A DNA stretch of 63,084 nucleotides, taken from assembly GCA_001820725.1 (NCBI GenBank), contig MHQR01000020.1, positions 1 through 63,084 on the forward strand, given 5' to 3'. Of this stretch, positions 47,300 through 57,813 are shown piece after piece. The position numbers were made by a program, and so were the translations under genes. The notes beneath the pieces are model-generated. The model did no database searches, was not told the DNA's origin, and was given only the letters and a program-made list of their open reading frames with translations. Origin of the DNA: Candidatus Sungbacteria bacterium RIFCSPLOWO2_01_FULL_54_21 (GTDB taxonomy: Bacteria > Patescibacteriota > Minisyncoccia > Sungbacterales > HO2-52-23). The stretch's first letter is position 1, and each line of letters starts with the position of its first letter.

Positions 47300-48964
47300 T
47301 TAATAATCCTCGTGTGGCATCGCGGGGGAGGATTTTTCCTCCTTTTTGGGAAGATCGGCGATTGCCACTTCCGTCGTGAGGAACATGGCGGCAACCGATA
47401 CTGCGTTCTCCAGCGCCATGCGCGTTACGCGCACTGGATCAATAATCCCCTCTTTGAGCATATCGTTGACGATCACATCGCGGCGCGCGTCGTATCCGGC
47501 GTTGGATTTGCCGTCGCCGCCTATTTTCTCCCGAATGCGCGTAGTAATCTCGCCCGCGCGCTTGCCCGCGTTGGCAGCAATTTGCGCCAACGGCTCCTCA
47601 AGCGCATTGAGCAACATGGTGTAGGCGGCCTGATATTCCGGACTTGCCTGCTCGGACGCGCCGTCCGCGCGCCGCTTCCACCGGTCAGCTACTAGCGTTG
47701 CGGCTTTGAACAGCGCCATGCCGCCGCCGGGCACAATACCTTCGGCGAGCGCGGCCTTGGTCGCGGCCACCGCGTCTTCTATCTTGAGCTTGATATACTT
47801 CATTTCCGTCTCGGTCGCGGCGCCCACCTTTATGACCGCCACGCCGCCGGAGAGTTTGGCAAGCCGCTCTTGCAATTTTTCTTTGTCGTATTCGGAATTG
47901 GATTTTTCCTTCTGTACGCGGATTTGGGCAATGCGCTTTTCAATTTCGTCTTTCTTGCCTTTGCCGCCCACGATCGTGGTGTTGTCTTTGTCGGCCACGA
48001 CGCGGCGGGCTTTGCCCAGCATCTCAATCTCCACATTCTCCAATTTCAATCCCAAATCCTCGGTAATCACTTTTGCACCGGTCAGTACGGCAATATCCTC
48101 GAGCATTTCCTTTCTGCGATCGCCGAACCCGGGGGCCTTTACGGCAAGCGCATTGAAAGCGCCGCGCAAACGGTTGACCACCAGTGTGGCCAATGCATCG
48201 CCGTCCACATCTTCGGCAATGATCACGAGTTCTTTCTTGCCCGAGCGCGCGAGCTTTTCGAGCAGAGGCAAAATGGTCTGAATAGAGGATACTTTCTTGT
48301 CCGTGACCAGGATAAAAGGATCCTCGATCACGGCCTCCATGCGCTCGGCATTGGTCATCATATAGGGCGACACATAGCCACGGTCAAACTGCATGCCTTC
48401 CACAATTTCTTTTTCAATGCCCGTGCCCTGTGATTCCTCCACCGTTACTGCGCCATCCTTGCCCACCCTTTCGATCGCTTCTGCGATGATAGTGCCGAGC
48501 TCCTCTGATTCTGCGGAAATGGTCGCTACTTGTACGATTTCCTCTTTTTCCTTGATCGGCTTTGCGATTTTCTGCAGTTCTTTTACGATTTCCTCCTGCG
48601 CTGATTCCAATGCCTGTCGAAGGCCGACGGCGTTGACGCCTGCCGCGGCATATTTCAAGCCCTTGCGGATAAGCGCCTGCGCCAGCACCACCGACGTGGT
48701 CGTGCCATCGCCCACGGCGTCATTGGTCTTGGACGCGACTTCCTTTACGAGCTCCGCGCCCATATTCTCAAACTTGTCTTCAAGTTCTATTTCTTTGGCG
48801 ATCGTCACGCCGTCATTGGTGATCTGCGGCGCGCCAAAACTCTTGTCGAGAATGACATTGCGCCCCCGCGGCCCCAGCGTCAGCTTGACCGCTTCGGCGA
48901 GTATATCCACGCCGCGCGCCATCGCGTGCCGAGCTTTTTCGTGAAAAATAATTTGTTTTGCCAT
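47300..48964 (-). CDS. groL: chaperonin GroEL
   Basis: [11 protein letters not shown]..., [16 protein letters not shown]. Confidence 0.97.
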   Translation of the reverse strand: MAKQIIFHEKARHAMARGVDILAEAVKLTLGPRGRNVILDKSFGAPQITNDGVTIAKEIELEDKFENMGAELVKEVASKTNDAVGDGTTTSVVLAQALIRKGLKYAAAGVNAVGLRQALESAQEEIVKELQKIAKPIKEKEEIVQVATISAESEELGTIIAEAIERVGKDGAVTVEESQGTGIEKEIVEGMQFDRGYVSPYMMTNAERMEAVIEDPFILVTDKKVSSIQTILPLLEKLARSGKKELVIIAEDVDGDALATLVVNRLRGAFNALAVKAPGFGDRRKEMLEDIAVLTGAKVITEDLGLKLENVEIEMLGKARRVVADKDNTTIVGGKGKKDEIEKRIAQIRVQKEKSNSEYDKEKLQERLAKLSGGVAVIKVGAATETEMKYIKLKIEDAVAATKAALAEGIVPGGGMALFKAATLVADRWKRRADGASEQASPEYQAAYTMLLNALEEPLAQIAANAGKRAGEITTRIREKIGGDGKSNAGYDARRDVIVNDMLKEGIIDPVRVTRMALENAVSVAAMFLTTEVAIADLPKKEEKSSPAMPHEDY

Positions 48965-48968
48965 AGTA

Positions 48969-49262
48969 CTAACCGATTATGGCGAGGATATCTTCCTCCC
49001 TCGCGATCAGATATTCTTTGTCATCAACTTTTATTTCGTTCGGACCGTATTTCGTGAAGAGCACCGTATCCCCTTTTTTGACGTGCATGAGAATGCGTTT
49101 GCCCTCATCGTTTACGCGGCCGGGACCCACAGCCACCACTTTGCCCTGCTCGGGCCGCTCCTTATCGGCGGTCTCGGGCAGATAGATTCCCGACTTGGTC
49201 CTGCCCGCCTCTTTTTTGTCTGGCTCAATGAGCACGCGGTCTCCCAATGGATTGATCTTCAT
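48969..49262 (-). CDS. groS: co-chaperonin GroES
   Basis: [14 protein letters not shown]...GIYLPE...GKVVAVGPG. Confidence 0.97.
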   Translation of the reverse strand: MKINPLGDRVLIEPDKKEAGRTKSGIYLPETADKERPEQGKVVAVGPGRVNDEGKRILMHVKKGDTVLFTKYGPNEIKVDDKEYLIAREEDILAIIG

Positions 49263-49286
49263 AAAAAATAAAGAGTTTTAATGCGT

Positions 49287-49313
49287 TTAGCACTCGCGAC
49301 CTATGAGTGCTAA
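49287..49313. promoter_or_regulatory. CIRCE operator (HrcA binding site)
   Basis: TTAGCACTC-N9-GAGTGCTAA, a perfect match to the consensus, between the promoter and groES. Confidence 0.9.
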
Positions 49314-49315
49314 TC

Positions 49316-49344
49316 ATAGTAATTCAACGCGGAAGATAAGTCAA
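49316..49344 (-). promoter_or_regulatory. groES-groEL promoter
   Basis: On the - strand: TTGACT, 17-nt spacer, TACTAT, immediately upstream of CIRCE. Confidence 0.6.
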
Positions 49345-49378
49345 TAGTTCCGCTCTGCAGAGCCCCCCGCACGCCCTA

Positions 49379-49407
49379 TTGACTTATTAAACTAGGTATG
49401 TTATCAT
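49379..49407 (+). promoter_or_regulatory. divergent promoter for the 49468 gene
   Basis: TTGACT, 17-nt spacer, TATCAT. Confidence 0.5.
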
Positions 49408-49467
49408 TCTGACATCGCTCTTAGAAAGTGCTTCGGCACATCGAAACCCTCCCTACAGGAGTAGCCC

Positions 49468-49962
49468 ATGAAGAAGCTGTTTGTGTCCGTAGTTGTCTGT
49501 TTTCTTGCCCTAACAGCCGTTGCGGCGTACGCCCAAAGCAACCTCGCAGACATCGAAAAGATGATCCGCGAGCAGGAGGCGAAGCACGCCACCGTCCGGC
49601 TCACTCTCCTCCATTTCGAGATAGCGGAGGCAGTAGACAGCGCCATACGCGCCGCTCGACAGTTTCAGCGCCTGAATGAGAAAGTGCAAAAACTTTCTGG
49701 CGACCATCAACTGCTCTGCGCCCAGCTTCCTGCGATACCGCACCTGCGCGCGTTGCGCGAGATGGAAACAAGCGCGGCGCGCGTCGTTGAACTCATCGGC
49801 AAGGTCACCGCCCTCGTCAAAGCTGGCGGTACGCCGTCAGAGGGAATGCAGAAACTCATGGCGGGCGATCTCGCGCAACTCATGCAGACGATCGTCGCGG
49901 ACGGCGCAAAACTGCATGCACTGTTTTCCGATCTGGAAACGACTTGCGCCAAAGAGGGTTAA
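49468..49962 (+). CDS. secreted helical protein, unknown function
   Basis: Signal peptide MKKLFVSVVVCFLALTAVAAYA/QS. CAGGAG SD. Confidence 0.65.
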   Translation: MKKLFVSVVVCFLALTAVAAYAQSNLADIEKMIREQEAKHATVRLTLLHFEIAEAVDSAIRAARQFQRLNEKVQKLSGDHQLLCAQLPAIPHLRALREMETSAARVVELIGKVTALVKAGGTPSEGMQKLMAGDLAQLMQTIVADGAKLHALFSDLETTCAKEG

Positions 49963-50010
49963 GAACTTCCATCGCCCGGTGGCGATAAGTAGTTCCGGAC
50001 AATAGCAGCC

Positions 50011-50043
50011 AGAGGCAAGGAAACACCGTCCTTGCCTCTTTTG
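50011..50043 (+). terminator. rho-independent terminator
   Basis: 11-bp stem AGAGGCAAGGA/TCCTTGCCTCT followed by TTTT. Confidence 0.7.
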
Positions 50044-50046
50044 AAC

Positions 50047-51492
50047 TTACTTTTCCAAATCCAGGACCTGATCAATGCGCACATGCGCGACGAAGTCGCG
50101 CATGTGGCTCACGAGAATCATGGCTCCCTGGTAGCTATCAAGCGCCCTGGCAATGACCGGTATGTGGCGAAAATTGATGTGGTTGGTCGGCTCGTCCAAA
50201 ATCAGCAAGCCCGGCTTTTGCAGGACCAGGCGCGCGAAAGCTACCAGGCCCTTCTGCCCTTCCGAAAGCATGCCGATCTTCATGCGCATCATGTCGCCCG
50301 TGATCAAAAAACCCGCGGCAGACGAACGCATCTCCTGCTCCGCCGCGTGCTCCATGACGCCCATGAGCGCGTCATGCACGGTATCTTCAAAATTCAGCGT
50401 GGAAAAGTCCTGGCGACAGTAGCCGATCCTGACGCCCGGCGCTATGGATACGCCCTTTGCCATGCCTCCGGCGATCGTCTCAAGCAAGGTCGACTTGCCG
50501 ATGCCATTGGGTCCGGAGAGGAGCAGATGCATATTTCGCTTCAGTAAAATATCTACCGTACGCGCGACCGGCTTGTGATTTTTCATCACGGACAGCGAGC
50601 TGATTGCCGCGATTTCGCCGACCAGATCCGGCTGATGGGGAATCCTGAAAGGCCGTATCGTCTTGTCTTCCATGCGCACATCCACTTTTTCCTCTTCCAA
50701 TTCAGCGGCTTTCTCGCGCATGCGCTTGGCGACCATGCGCATCTGCCCGCCTTTGTGCGCGAACACGTTCGCTTTGTCTTTTTTCTCCTGAATTTCCTTG
50801 GCAAGCTGGGCGTTTTTTCTGTTTTCTTTCTCGATTCTCGCCGTGATCTGCGCTACTACGTCAAAATAATCCCCCGCGTACTGTTCTATTTTTTTGGTGA
50901 ACACGTCCAGATACAATACCCCATCGGTAAACGCGTTGAGAAAATCCGCATCGTGCGAGATAACAATGCACGTTTTTTTATAGCCGATGAGGAACCTTGT
51001 CAGATGCTCAATGCCCGCGCGATCAAGATTATTAGTCGGCTCGTCTAGCAGGAGCACATCGGGCTGTTGGATCAGGGCTGAGGCGAGCAAGAGGCGCGCC
51101 TGCTGGCCCCCGGAAAATGACCGTATGATCCGGTCATGAGGCGCGTGGAGATTGACGATCTCAAGCGCTTCATCGATTTTCGGATCTATATCATATATCT
51201 TTTTTGCAAAACACCGTTCGAAAAATTCCCGTACGGTGAGCGGCATTTCCTCGCGCGGAATGACCTGCCGGGCGGTTGCTGTCGCAAGCCCCTTGGGGAT
51301 ATTGATGGCTCCCTCGTCGGGCTTCAATGCGCCGGTGATGAGCTGGAAGAGCGTTGATTTGCCGGCCCCGTTCTGCCCCATCACCGTGAATTTTGCCCCC
51401 CGCCGCACGGAAAAGCTCCCTTCGCGAATAATGGGTTTTTGCGATCCGTATTCAAATGATACGCGGTCAAAGCGTACGATCGCATCAGCCAT
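50047..51492 (-). CDS. ABC-F family ATPase (two ABC domains, no TMD)
   Basis: GQNGAGKST and GPNGIGKST. Signatures FSGGQQ and LSEGQK. Charged linker between the domains. Confidence 0.9.
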   Translation of the reverse strand: MADAIVRFDRVSFEYGSQKPIIREGSFSVRRGAKFTVMGQNGAGKSTLFQLITGALKPDEGAINIPKGLATATARQVIPREEMPLTVREFFERCFAKKIYDIDPKIDEALEIVNLHAPHDRIIRSFSGGQQARLLLASALIQQPDVLLLDEPTNNLDRAGIEHLTRFLIGYKKTCIVISHDADFLNAFTDGVLYLDVFTKKIEQYAGDYFDVVAQITARIEKENRKNAQLAKEIQEKKDKANVFAHKGGQMRMVAKRMREKAAELEEEKVDVRMEDKTIRPFRIPHQPDLVGEIAAISSLSVMKNHKPVARTVDILLKRNMHLLLSGPNGIGKSTLLETIAGGMAKGVSIAPGVRIGYCRQDFSTLNFEDTVHDALMGVMEHAAEQEMRSSAAGFLITGDMMRMKIGMLSEGQKGLVAFARLVLQKPGLLILDEPTNHINFRHIPVIARALDSYQGAMILVSHMRDFVAHVRIDQVLDLEK

Positions 51493-51537
51493 CCGCCCAC
51501 CCTACGCTATACGCCGGGAAATAGAAAGATGCCGATC

Positions 51538-53328
51538 TTACGCGATGGGAAGCGTGAAGGAGAAGATGGTGCCCTTGCCTTCTTCGCTTTTTACGTCAAT
51601 GGCGCCATCGTGTTTTTCAATGATATTTTTGGCAACATAGAGACCCAGACCCGTGCCGGACGTGTGGAGGCGAATGGCATTGTCTGCGCGGAAGAATTTG
51701 GTGAACACGCGGTGCAGTTGCGAAGGCGTGATGCCGATGCCGCTATCCTGCACCGAGACCGCAATGCGTGCATGGTCCTCGATGGCCCGCATGACGACCG
51801 TGCCGCCCGGCTCGGTGTATTTGAGCGCGTTGTCCAGGAAATTGTCGAGCACCATGGCAATGCGCTCTTCATCAAATACCAAATCCGGCAGGGGCTTGTC
51901 TTTTGGAAGTTCAAGCGCGAACGATATGCCCTTCTCCTTGCCGAGCATAGCATAGCGTGTAATAAATTGCTCCAGAAGGGGCGTGATGGACTGCGTGCGC
52001 AGGCGTATGCCGAATCGCCCCTCTTCAATGCGGGCGACGCTCAAGAGATCATTGACCAGGTCTATCATGCGCAAGGTAGCGCCCAGCCCCGAGGTCAGGA
52101 GGCGGCGCTGTTCAGGTGTCAACGAAGCACCGTCCCGATCGAGAATGGTCTGATACGACCATCGGACGCCCGTAAGCGGGGTGCGCAATTGATGCGCGGC
52201 AATGGAGACGAATTCTGATTTGATGACGTCGAGTTCTTCCAGGCGCGCATTGGCGCGGGACAGTTCCAGATCGCGGCGCACAAGCATCTTGCCCACGCTT
52301 TCCAATTCCAGCAGGAGGTCGCGCAGACGCGCGTTTGCCGCGACGAGCTCGCGGTCGCGGCGAACGAGAATTTTCGCGCTCACGACACTTTCCTGGTTGC
52401 GCTCTTCAAGCACGGTATTCAGGCGCGTGAGACGCATATTGGCGACAATCACCACCGCCGCGATGACCGCTCCCAAGAGGACCGTGATGCCCGCAAGAAA
52501 AATCATCTGCCGCTGACCCGCCAGCGCAATGCTCCTCGGCTGTTCAAAGAAGATGCTCATGTCCGCGATACCCACCGGCATGCCCACGGCAAACATGTGC
52601 TCACCCACTTCACTGCGATACCCATCTTCGGGAGCGAGGCCATGTGCGGTGACCGCGCCGTCAATCACCCTGCGTACGATGGCGCGATCGCCAAAATACG
52701 GCCGGCGCAAGAGTTCGCTCAAGTCCGGATGGATGATTTGGTTTCCTTCGCGGTCTACCACATAAATATCTCCCGTACGCGTGGGGGGCGCATGGATCGC
52801 CGAGACAAGCCCGCGCACGTTGAGATCGCCGATGAGCGCCTGCGCCACGCGTCCCCCGCGTCGCACCGGCACGGCAAGCGTCATGTGCGGCTCAAGTTCT
52901 GGAGAGACAAAAATGTCACCAAAGCTTGCAGAGCCGTCGCGCGCCTCGGTGAAAGAGCGCTCCTCTGCGTACACGCCCAGATCCGCCGGAGAGACAAACC
53001 GGAACCGGTCAATGCGCAGGATTTCTTTGCCATCGCCTCCCGCAATACCGACACTTTTTATCGCCGGATTGTGCTTGAGCAGGCGGTCAATGACGGTTCT
53101 TCCGCGCTCCGGCTCCACGCCAATTTCTTCAGCCGCCTGCTCCATCTGCTTTTGGAGTGTGGCGAGCGATCCGCTCACATCGCTCCTTGCCCGCTCCAGC
53201 ACTTGAAGCGCCAGGACCGATGCCGCCGCTTCAATGGCACGCAAGGCCGGAACCAGCCAGGTAAGGTTTACAATGATAAGTACCGCCGCAACAACGGCAA
53301 AGATGACGGATGTGCGCCAAATGGTCAT
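51538..53328 (-). CDS. sensor histidine kinase with an extracytoplasmic sensor domain
   Basis: Two TMs flank a ~270-aa domain. H-box SIAAHQLRTPLT, coiled-coil linker, G-box GTGLGLYV. Confidence 0.9.
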   Translation of the reverse strand: MTIWRTSVIFAVVAAVLIIVNLTWLVPALRAIEAAASVLALQVLERARSDVSGSLATLQKQMEQAAEEIGVEPERGRTVIDRLLKHNPAIKSVGIAGGDGKEILRIDRFRFVSPADLGVYAEERSFTEARDGSASFGDIFVSPELEPHMTLAVPVRRGGRVAQALIGDLNVRGLVSAIHAPPTRTGDIYVVDREGNQIIHPDLSELLRRPYFGDRAIVRRVIDGAVTAHGLAPEDGYRSEVGEHMFAVGMPVGIADMSIFFEQPRSIALAGQRQMIFLAGITVLLGAVIAAVVIVANMRLTRLNTVLEERNQESVVSAKILVRRDRELVAANARLRDLLLELESVGKMLVRRDLELSRANARLEELDVIKSEFVSIAAHQLRTPLTGVRWSYQTILDRDGASLTPEQRRLLTSGLGATLRMIDLVNDLLSVARIEEGRFGIRLRTQSITPLLEQFITRYAMLGKEKGISFALELPKDKPLPDLVFDEERIAMVLDNFLDNALKYTEPGGTVVMRAIEDHARIAVSVQDSGIGITPSQLHRVFTKFFRADNAIRLHTSGTGLGLYVAKNIIEKHDGAIDVKSEEGKGTIFSFTLPIA

Positions 53329-53351
53329 GGTGTTGCGCGATACATTTCCTG

Positions 53352-54362
53352 TTATTCCACGCTCTCATCAGCTTTTGCGGCAAAGGCGGGATCTATGGCG
53401 ATGCCAAGCGCGTGTGCAGTCCGGAGATTGATTACCAACTCAAGTTTTTCCGGCAGTTCAATGGGTAGATCCGCCGGCCGAGCGCCTTTAAGAACAAGAT
53501 ACGCAAGACGCGCCGCCTGCTCGCCTACATTATAGTAGTTTGCGCCGTAACTCATGAGCGCTCCTGTGCGCGCATCATCGGCATTGGTTCCAGCAAGAGG
53601 GACTTTTTTCTTGAGCGCAAAATCGCTCATGTACGCCGAAAGCCCTCCGCTCACGGAATCAGTCGCGCGCACCAGCCCATCGCTCGGGCGAAACGAAAAT
53701 TGCTCAAGAAAATCCCGCATTTCATCCCGATCCGCCACCTGCCGTTCTACAAGGACAAGGCCGAGTGATGCGGCAGTCGTCCGCACGTTTTCAATACCGG
53801 CCGTTTTGCCGTCGGACCACACAAATATGACGCGCGTAACCGAGGGCACCATTTCCCGGAAGAGCTCGAGTCGCTTTGATACGATCACTTCATTGTGGGG
53901 AGTAACGCCGGTAAAATTATTGCCGGAACTCGCCATACTCGCCACGATTCCAGACCCTATGGGATTTGAAACCGCGCCGAATACAACCGGTATATCCTGC
54001 CGTTCGGCGGTCGCCTCCTTGGCCGCCCGGGCACCCAACACACCCATGATATAGAGAAGATCAATATTCTGGTTGATGAGCCCTTCGACAATGCGTTTGC
54101 TTTCAGGAATGTCTTTACCGACGGGCTCCACGATGTAGCGAATCGTCTTCCCCTCCTCATAGCCGCGCTCTGCCATGGCGGCGCGGAAGCCCTCCCATGC
54201 TGGCATGAGCGATGGCGGATTGGTGATGACACCGACAGTCAGCATCTTTGCAGGCATCGGATGTTCCCGTAGCCCCCCCACGTCAAGATATCGCACGGCA
54301 TATACTCCCACCGCAAGCAATACCGCGCATCCCACGATATACCATGATGTTTTTTGAGACAT
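53352..54362 (-). CDS. ABC-transporter-type substrate-binding protein (ABC_sub_bind-like), membrane-anchored
   Basis: Start at [26 protein letters not shown]...YEEGKTIRY...NIDLLYIMG resembles periplasmic binding proteins found next to kinases. Confidence 0.7.
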
Positions 54363-54381
54363 AAAAGTGCGGCCGGAGAGG

Positions 54382-55593
54382 TTACGCTCCGACCCCGAAT
54401 AGGACGACCGTCTCGTTATGAAATCTCGGATCGCATTTTTCAAGGTTGCGCACTTCCCCGCCGAGCGGCGCCTGCTCGCCATACGTGTAGAAGCCCAGCA
54501 ACGGCACGTCCGGGCCGATAATATTCATGACCGCGCGGATTTCGTCGCCCGCTTTCTGCGCAAAAAGTTTTTCGCGGGCAATGCAATTGAATATGAGCAC
54601 GAACGCGGGTCGGGTGCGGTCGATTTCAAACTCGCGCATCAGGTGCCGAGCCGCATCCTCGGCCGCCTCCACGGCTTTTTCTTTGGAGCCGATCATGAGC
54701 CGCACCTCACTGCCTTCGGGTATCTCTGCCGCACACGTGATCGAGCCGTCGTCGTTTACGGTGATGGGGTCGCGGATGAGATATTCCTCCGGATACTCCG
54801 GAATCTTGAGCCCCAAGGGGTAGGTAATCGCAAGCCGCGCAAGCGCTTCTTTCCGAAGTTCCTCGGCGCGCGCCCCGAAATAATCCTCGTAGACGGAAAT
54901 GGCCGGCTTGCCGTCAAGTTCGGAGAGCACCGCGCCCTGCGCTTTGGTCACCCGCATGGGCATGCCAATGGGTACCCAGCCGTGGCGAACGCCAATGCCG
55001 ATCGTCATATCGCCCGCAAGTCCCACGCCCGCAATTGCTCCGGACACTACTTCGTCGTCGCGATACTCATATGTTTTTTTAAACATAAAATCATCGCCCG
55101 CGGCGCCGCCGACGATGGGAAAATGCGGCCCCAGCACATCGGACACGCCGCGCACGATGTCGGCTCCGTTGCCGGTCAGCACATCCGGCAACATAATAAA
55201 CGCGCGGAGTGATGCGGGCGGAGTGCCCGCGGCGGCCTTGCCCTGCGCTTCGCGCGCCGCGGCGCGTCCGGCCTCGCGCGCGTCTTGCTTGATATCCCGC
55301 CCCATACCCGAGTAAAAAGAGAGCGTATCCGAACGGATAGCCATGACGCCGACCGATCGCTGGGTTGGTCCGTCATTGGTGATTTCCCCCGCCGTACTGC
55401 ACCCGAGCAGAGGCGCGTGCCCCGAGGCATCCCTGACGCCGCGCACCACATCCTCCTGCCGCAGAAACGACGATGCAAACACAAATACAAATTCCGGCTT
55501 GCCGCCGGCACGCTCAACAGCGCTCTTACCTGCCGCGTATCCCGCCTGATACGCGTCACTGCCTGCGCCCGTTCCTACACCCGCATGAATCAT
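54382..55593 (-). CDS. FIST domain signalling protein
   Basis: [10 protein letters not shown] plus the C-terminal FIST_C-like [12 protein letters not shown]. Confidence 0.75.
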
Positions 55594-55605
55594 AGCGACA
55601 ATGCG

Positions 55606-56427
55606 TTAACGCTTTTCAAGAATATACCCCGCTTTTTCAACAATTTCCACCGGCGAAACATTGGCCTTCACGATGTACGCGGCCGCGCCCATCTGGAGAC
55701 CTTTATCAATTTCCTCGCGCTGGCCGAGATTGGAAATGACCATCACTGGCACCGTGCGCCACGTTTCGTGCTGTTTCAGCTCTCCGAGAAATGAGAAGCC
55801 ATCCATCCCGGGCAGAACCATGTCGAGCAGGATAAGGTCGACCTTGTCCGTTTCAAGCGCGCGGCGCGCTTCCGCAGCATCCACCGCCTTGATCACCCGA
55901 TATCCTTCGGCAAGGAATTTGCGCTCGAGCAATCCGACCAGAAGGAAATCGTCCTCAACCACCAGGACCGTGCGGTTCGCCCCCGACGGCTTTCTTTCCT
56001 TTTCCTGTTCGTGCGGCAGACCCGCCTTTTCCGTATGCAAAATATTCTCGACGCGCGCCAGCACCTCGCGCGGATCAAAGTTTACCTTGACCAAATAATC
56101 GCGCACGCCCAACTGCAGGGCGCGCTCAAGCTCGATGGGCTGGCCAGAATTGGAAATAATGAGCACGGGCGTTGCAGGCAGGAGACCCTCTTCCTTCATC
56201 TTTTGCAAAATCTGAAACCCGCTCATGCCCGGCAACATCATATCGAGCAATACCAAATCAGGCCGAATCTCTTTCACCAGCGCCAAACCGGCAATGCCGT
56301 CGCGAGCCACGGCCACGTCATATCCCGAAGCCACCAGCCGCGCGCGCAAGAGCTCCAGGAGCACCTCCTCGTCCTCGATCAACAGCAAGCGTTTCTTGCC
56401 TTCTGTGTCTGCCTTTTCCTCCCTCAT
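55606..56427 (-). CDS. tandem-receiver response regulator (REC-REC, no output domain)
   Basis: LLIEDEE...DLVLLDMMLPGMSG and VLVVEDD...DLILLDMVLPGMDG. Confidence 0.9.
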   Translation of the reverse strand: MREEKADTEGKKRLLLIEDEEVLLELLRARLVASGYDVAVARDGIAGLALVKEIRPDLVLLDMMLPGMSGFQILQKMKEEGLLPATPVLIISNSGQPIELERALQLGVRDYLVKVNFDPREVLARVENILHTEKAGLPHEQEKERKPSGANRTVLVVEDDFLLVGLLERKFLAEGYRVIKAVDAAEARRALETDKVDLILLDMVLPGMDGFSFLGELKQHETWRTVPVMVISNLGQREEIDKGLQMGAAAYIVKANVSPVEIVEKAGYILEKR

Positions 56428-56604
56428 AGTGTCCTCATTCTACTCCAGCCCAGCCCCAGGCACCACGCCGCATTGTGGATAACTGTGCATACCGCTGCCG
56501 ATGTTGCGCGTCGTTGAGAGCATGGAACCCGTCCCGTTGCGCCTTGTCCCGATGTCCCACAGGTGACATGCTGGCAACCTCACGCAACATCTGCAGCGGG
56601 ACGA

Positions 56605-57804
56605 TTAATACCCCTCCAGTTTCTTGGCCATGCGGTGGGTGCGTATCCTTTCCAATGACTTTGCTTCAATCTGGCGGATGCGCTCGCGCGTAACACCAAA
56701 TTCGCGGCCAACTTCTTCCAGGGTATGCGTAATGCCGTCCTCCAGCCCAAACCGCATGGAAAGTATTTTCTGCTCGCGGGGCGTCAGTTCCCGTATCACA
56801 CTCATCAGTTGGTCGCGCAGGAGGCGGCGCGCCGCGTGCTGTGCTGGAGAAATCGTTTTTTCGTCCACGATGAATTCGCCCAGCACCGAGTCCTCGTCAT
56901 CCTCGCCCACCGGTGCTTCGAGCGACACGGTATCTTGGGCAATTTTCTCTATGTGCCGTATTTTTTCCACCTCCAGCCCCATCTCCGCCGCGATTTCCTC
57001 ACTCAATGGCTCGCGCCCCAAGTCCTGCAGGAGGCGGCGCTTCATCTGCTGGTATTTGGAGATCGTCTCCACCATGTGCACGGGAATCCGGATGGTGCGC
57101 GCCTGATCAGCCAACGCGCGCGTAATGGCTTGCCGTATCCACCACGTCGCATACGTGGAGAATTTGTACCCGCGGCGATAATCAAATTTCTCCACGGCCT
57201 TGAAAAGACCCACGTTGCCCTCCTGCACCAGATCGAGCAATGTAAGATGCGGCGAGCGGCCCACATAGCGTTTGGCAATGGACACCACGAGCCGCAAGTT
57301 GGCTTGTGTCATTTTTTTACGCGCTTCCTCGTCCCCTTTTTCAATTTTCCGCGCCAGGTCTTTTTCCTCGTCCGCGGAAATCAGCGGAATTTTCCCGATC
57401 TCGCGCAAATACATTTGCACCGAATCCTGGGCCAATTGGTCAAAATCCATAGATTCCTCGCGACTGCGCTTTTTCGAGGAATTCTTGTCCTTTCCCCCTT
57501 CGCCGATAAATTCCTTGGACTCCAGCACCTCAATGTGCTCTTTTTCAAACCGCTCGTAGAGATCTTCAAGGAGCAGGACGTCGTCCTCGATCATCGGGAA
57601 ATAATAAAGAATCTCTGCGTATGTCACAAATCCGCGCTCGCGGCCGCGCCCGAGAAGTCCTTCAATCTTCTGCTCCGCTTCTTTTGCCGCGCTCTTTTTT
57701 GAGGAAGATGCGCCCGCAGTCGCCGGGCGCTTGGCCGGCGCTTTTTTTGCGGTGGTTTTCTTTTTTGACGCTCTTTTCTTTTGGTTTTTCTTTGATGTCG
57801 CCAT
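56605..57804 (-). CDS. rpoD: RNA polymerase sigma factor RpoD
   Basis: Lys-rich N-terminus. Region 2 [12 protein letters not shown]. Region 4 [19 protein letters not shown]. Confidence 0.95.
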   Translation of the reverse strand: MATSKKNQKKRASKKKTTAKKAPAKRPATAGASSSKKSAAKEAEQKIEGLLGRGRERGFVTYAEILYYFPMIEDDVLLLEDLYERFEKEHIEVLESKEFIGEGGKDKNSSKKRSREESMDFDQLAQDSVQMYLREIGKIPLISADEEKDLARKIEKGDEEARKKMTQANLRLVVSIAKRYVGRSPHLTLLDLVQEGNVGLFKAVEKFDYRRGYKFSTYATWWIRQAITRALADQARTIRIPVHMVETISKYQQMKRRLLQDLGREPLSEEIAAEMGLEVEKIRHIEKIAQDTVSLEAPVGEDDEDSVLGEFIVDEKTISPAQHAARRLLRDQLMSVIRELTPREQKILSMRFGLEDGITHTLEEVGREFGVTRERIRQIEAKSLERIRTHRMAKKLEGY

Positions 57805-57813
57805 ATGAAAATG

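Noticed and set aside
56725-57702. 325-aa ORF on the + strand, plus similar long antisense ORFs at 52597-53535, 54418-55212, 44014-44754, 20950-21705, 12011-12700 and 10854-11537
   Set aside because: Each lies fully inside and opposite a gene with clear family motifs (rpoD, the kinase, FIST, M28, the S41 peptidase, atpF/H, atpB). None has an SD or recognisable domains.
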